From NCBI GenBank assembly GCA_010093815.1, contig ML996582.1: a stretch of 64,000 nucleotides of DNA; one strand, written 5' to 3'. The position numbers were made by a program, and so were the translations under genes. Positions 62,447 through 64,000 of this stretch are shown here, piece after piece. Origin of the DNA: Pseudovirgaria hyperparasitica. Lineage: Eukaryota. The notes under the pieces are model-generated. The model ran no database searches, was not told where the DNA came from, and saw only the letters and a list, made by a program, of their open reading frames with translations. The stretch's first letter is position 1. The number at the start of each line of letters is the position of its first letter.

Positions 62447-64000
62447 CAGCTAGAAACTCAGAAACTATCTTTCTGATCACACGATGGTACTGCGTTCCAC
62501 GGTCGTGCTGCGGATTGTCAGAATCGGCAACACGTCACACCAGTAATGACACCTGTACCCCTCCTCTTCCCCAGCTGCAGCAGTAAGCATCGGAGGTTAC
62601 TCCGAGATCTTGAACAGGCAAAGTCCGCGTGGTCATCTCACTCTGGAGTTTAAACACAGCCCCGATGAAGGAACTATAACCTCATATGTCACAACATTGT
62701 GGAGGAGACGACAGAGCATAGTGGAGATGATGGGCCAGAGGGTAACCGTACTTAATAATAACGAAAATCAGCGCCACAGCTGTGAAGTGTTCGCGCTAGC
62801 GCTGATAGTGGGGAGAGCAAGCAGACGTGGCGGCCGAGAATCCCAGCCCACTCCCTCCCTGGTCCTGGCTGTGGGACTGCGGGGTAGCACTGACAATCAG
62901 TCGATCGTCGTGAATAGGTGGGCCTCACAGTGACAGCAACAGCAACAGCAAATGCACAACATAATAGCACTGAGGGTGTGAGACACGCGATAATACTGCT
63001 GCTAACGATGATGATCTTCTCAGAGTCAATCGATCCGATCACGACACCAACAAGTGGCTGCAGGAACGCGCGACATCGAATACCGCTGAAGTCAGAAATC
63101 ATGCTAGATGCGGCTGCTGAGAAATTCGATCGCTGATAAGGAACATGTGTTTGTTGGCTCGCTGGCTCTGTTGGCTGGCTGACTGGCTGGCTGGCTCACT
63201 GGCTAGAGCCCAGATAAGAGCGACAGGCGAACAAACAAATGACGGGATTGGCACGCTACACCCTCCACTCGCCCCCCTCGCACGAACACCATACCGCTAT
63301 CTGTTAATCATGTTAACCCTGGTAGCCCAGCCCAGGCCGCCCCGGGCGCTAAGACGCCTGCAACTTGTGCAACTTGCCAGCCGAATGCTGTGCTGGCTGC
63401 TGTGCTGTCGGCTGCCTGCTTCACCTGTTGCACGTTACTTCAGTCGGCATTGCCTTCTCTGTCGTTGTGTGCAGAGATCACATACACTCGTGTAATGGAC
63501 GTCGCTATGTCCTTAAGAGATCCTGCCTTAGGATAACGTGTTTTCAGAGTCTTCTGGTTGCAGCTGGCAGAAATCTAGTGGAGTGCACGGTCGGACAAGA
63601 ATCCATGCAGCTATAATTAGTTAAACCTGTTTAGATCTAGCGCTCTCCGCATGCCCCGCCGTGTGGTATCTATGTATACGATTCACTCCATCCACCACTT
63701 TTCGCCCGTGTCACTCGTTGATTCCTCCTTTTCTGCTGCTTTGTCTTGTAAGAGTACAACTCATCGCAATTGAAATCTCGACCTCTCACCACCTCCCTGT
63801 CACCACGACTCTATCTCCACACCGTGCCAGCATAGCACGACTTGTGTCAAAATATTGACCATCGTCCACTACCCATGCGCCTTTCTATTGTTGCTCTCAG
63901 GATATATCCAGCTACCAACGCCAGTCTTTGCGTTTAAGATTCAACACAAATGCCTTAAGACATCCCTGCCTGGGTTGCTTTGTAGGTACCTTCGTTGGCT

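Noticed and set aside
62610..64000. Short overlapping ORFs at the window end
   Set aside because: No motifs or consistent frame; looks like intergenic or 5' leader sequence of a gene beyond the window.

Overview
Fungal (filamentous ascomycete-type) genomic window with two sharply separated compartments. Bases 1-~37,050 are AT-rich, depleted of CpA/TpG and rich in TpA, which is the signature of repeat-induced point mutation (RIP). This part is a nest of dead retroelements: four Ty3/Gypsy families (called A-D here; A and B carry chromodomains), a Tad1-like LINE, and three copies of a 602-bp self-priming TRIM, each with its own 5-bp target-site duplication (TSD). Bases ~37,050-64,000 are GC-balanced and hold five protein genes: a YVC1-like cation channel, a C2H2 transcription factor, a PI31 proteasome regulator, ATG18, and PPM2/TYW4 with a JmjC fusion. 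Most notable: (1) Gypsy families A and B both carry, between pol and the 3' LTR, an antisense spliced gene with the same architecture (Zn-cluster-like Cys motif ending at intron 1, coding introns of phases 0/2/0, C-terminal coiled coil); (2) a ~1.4-kb non-coding region at ~52.5-53.9 kb is densely helical, with G-U pairs favouring a + strand structured RNA; (3) the TRIM family. All translations inside the RIP zone are manual de-RIP readings (TAG/TAA read as CAG/CAA/TGG, TAT/TAC read as TGT/TGC) and are inference. No database search was run.
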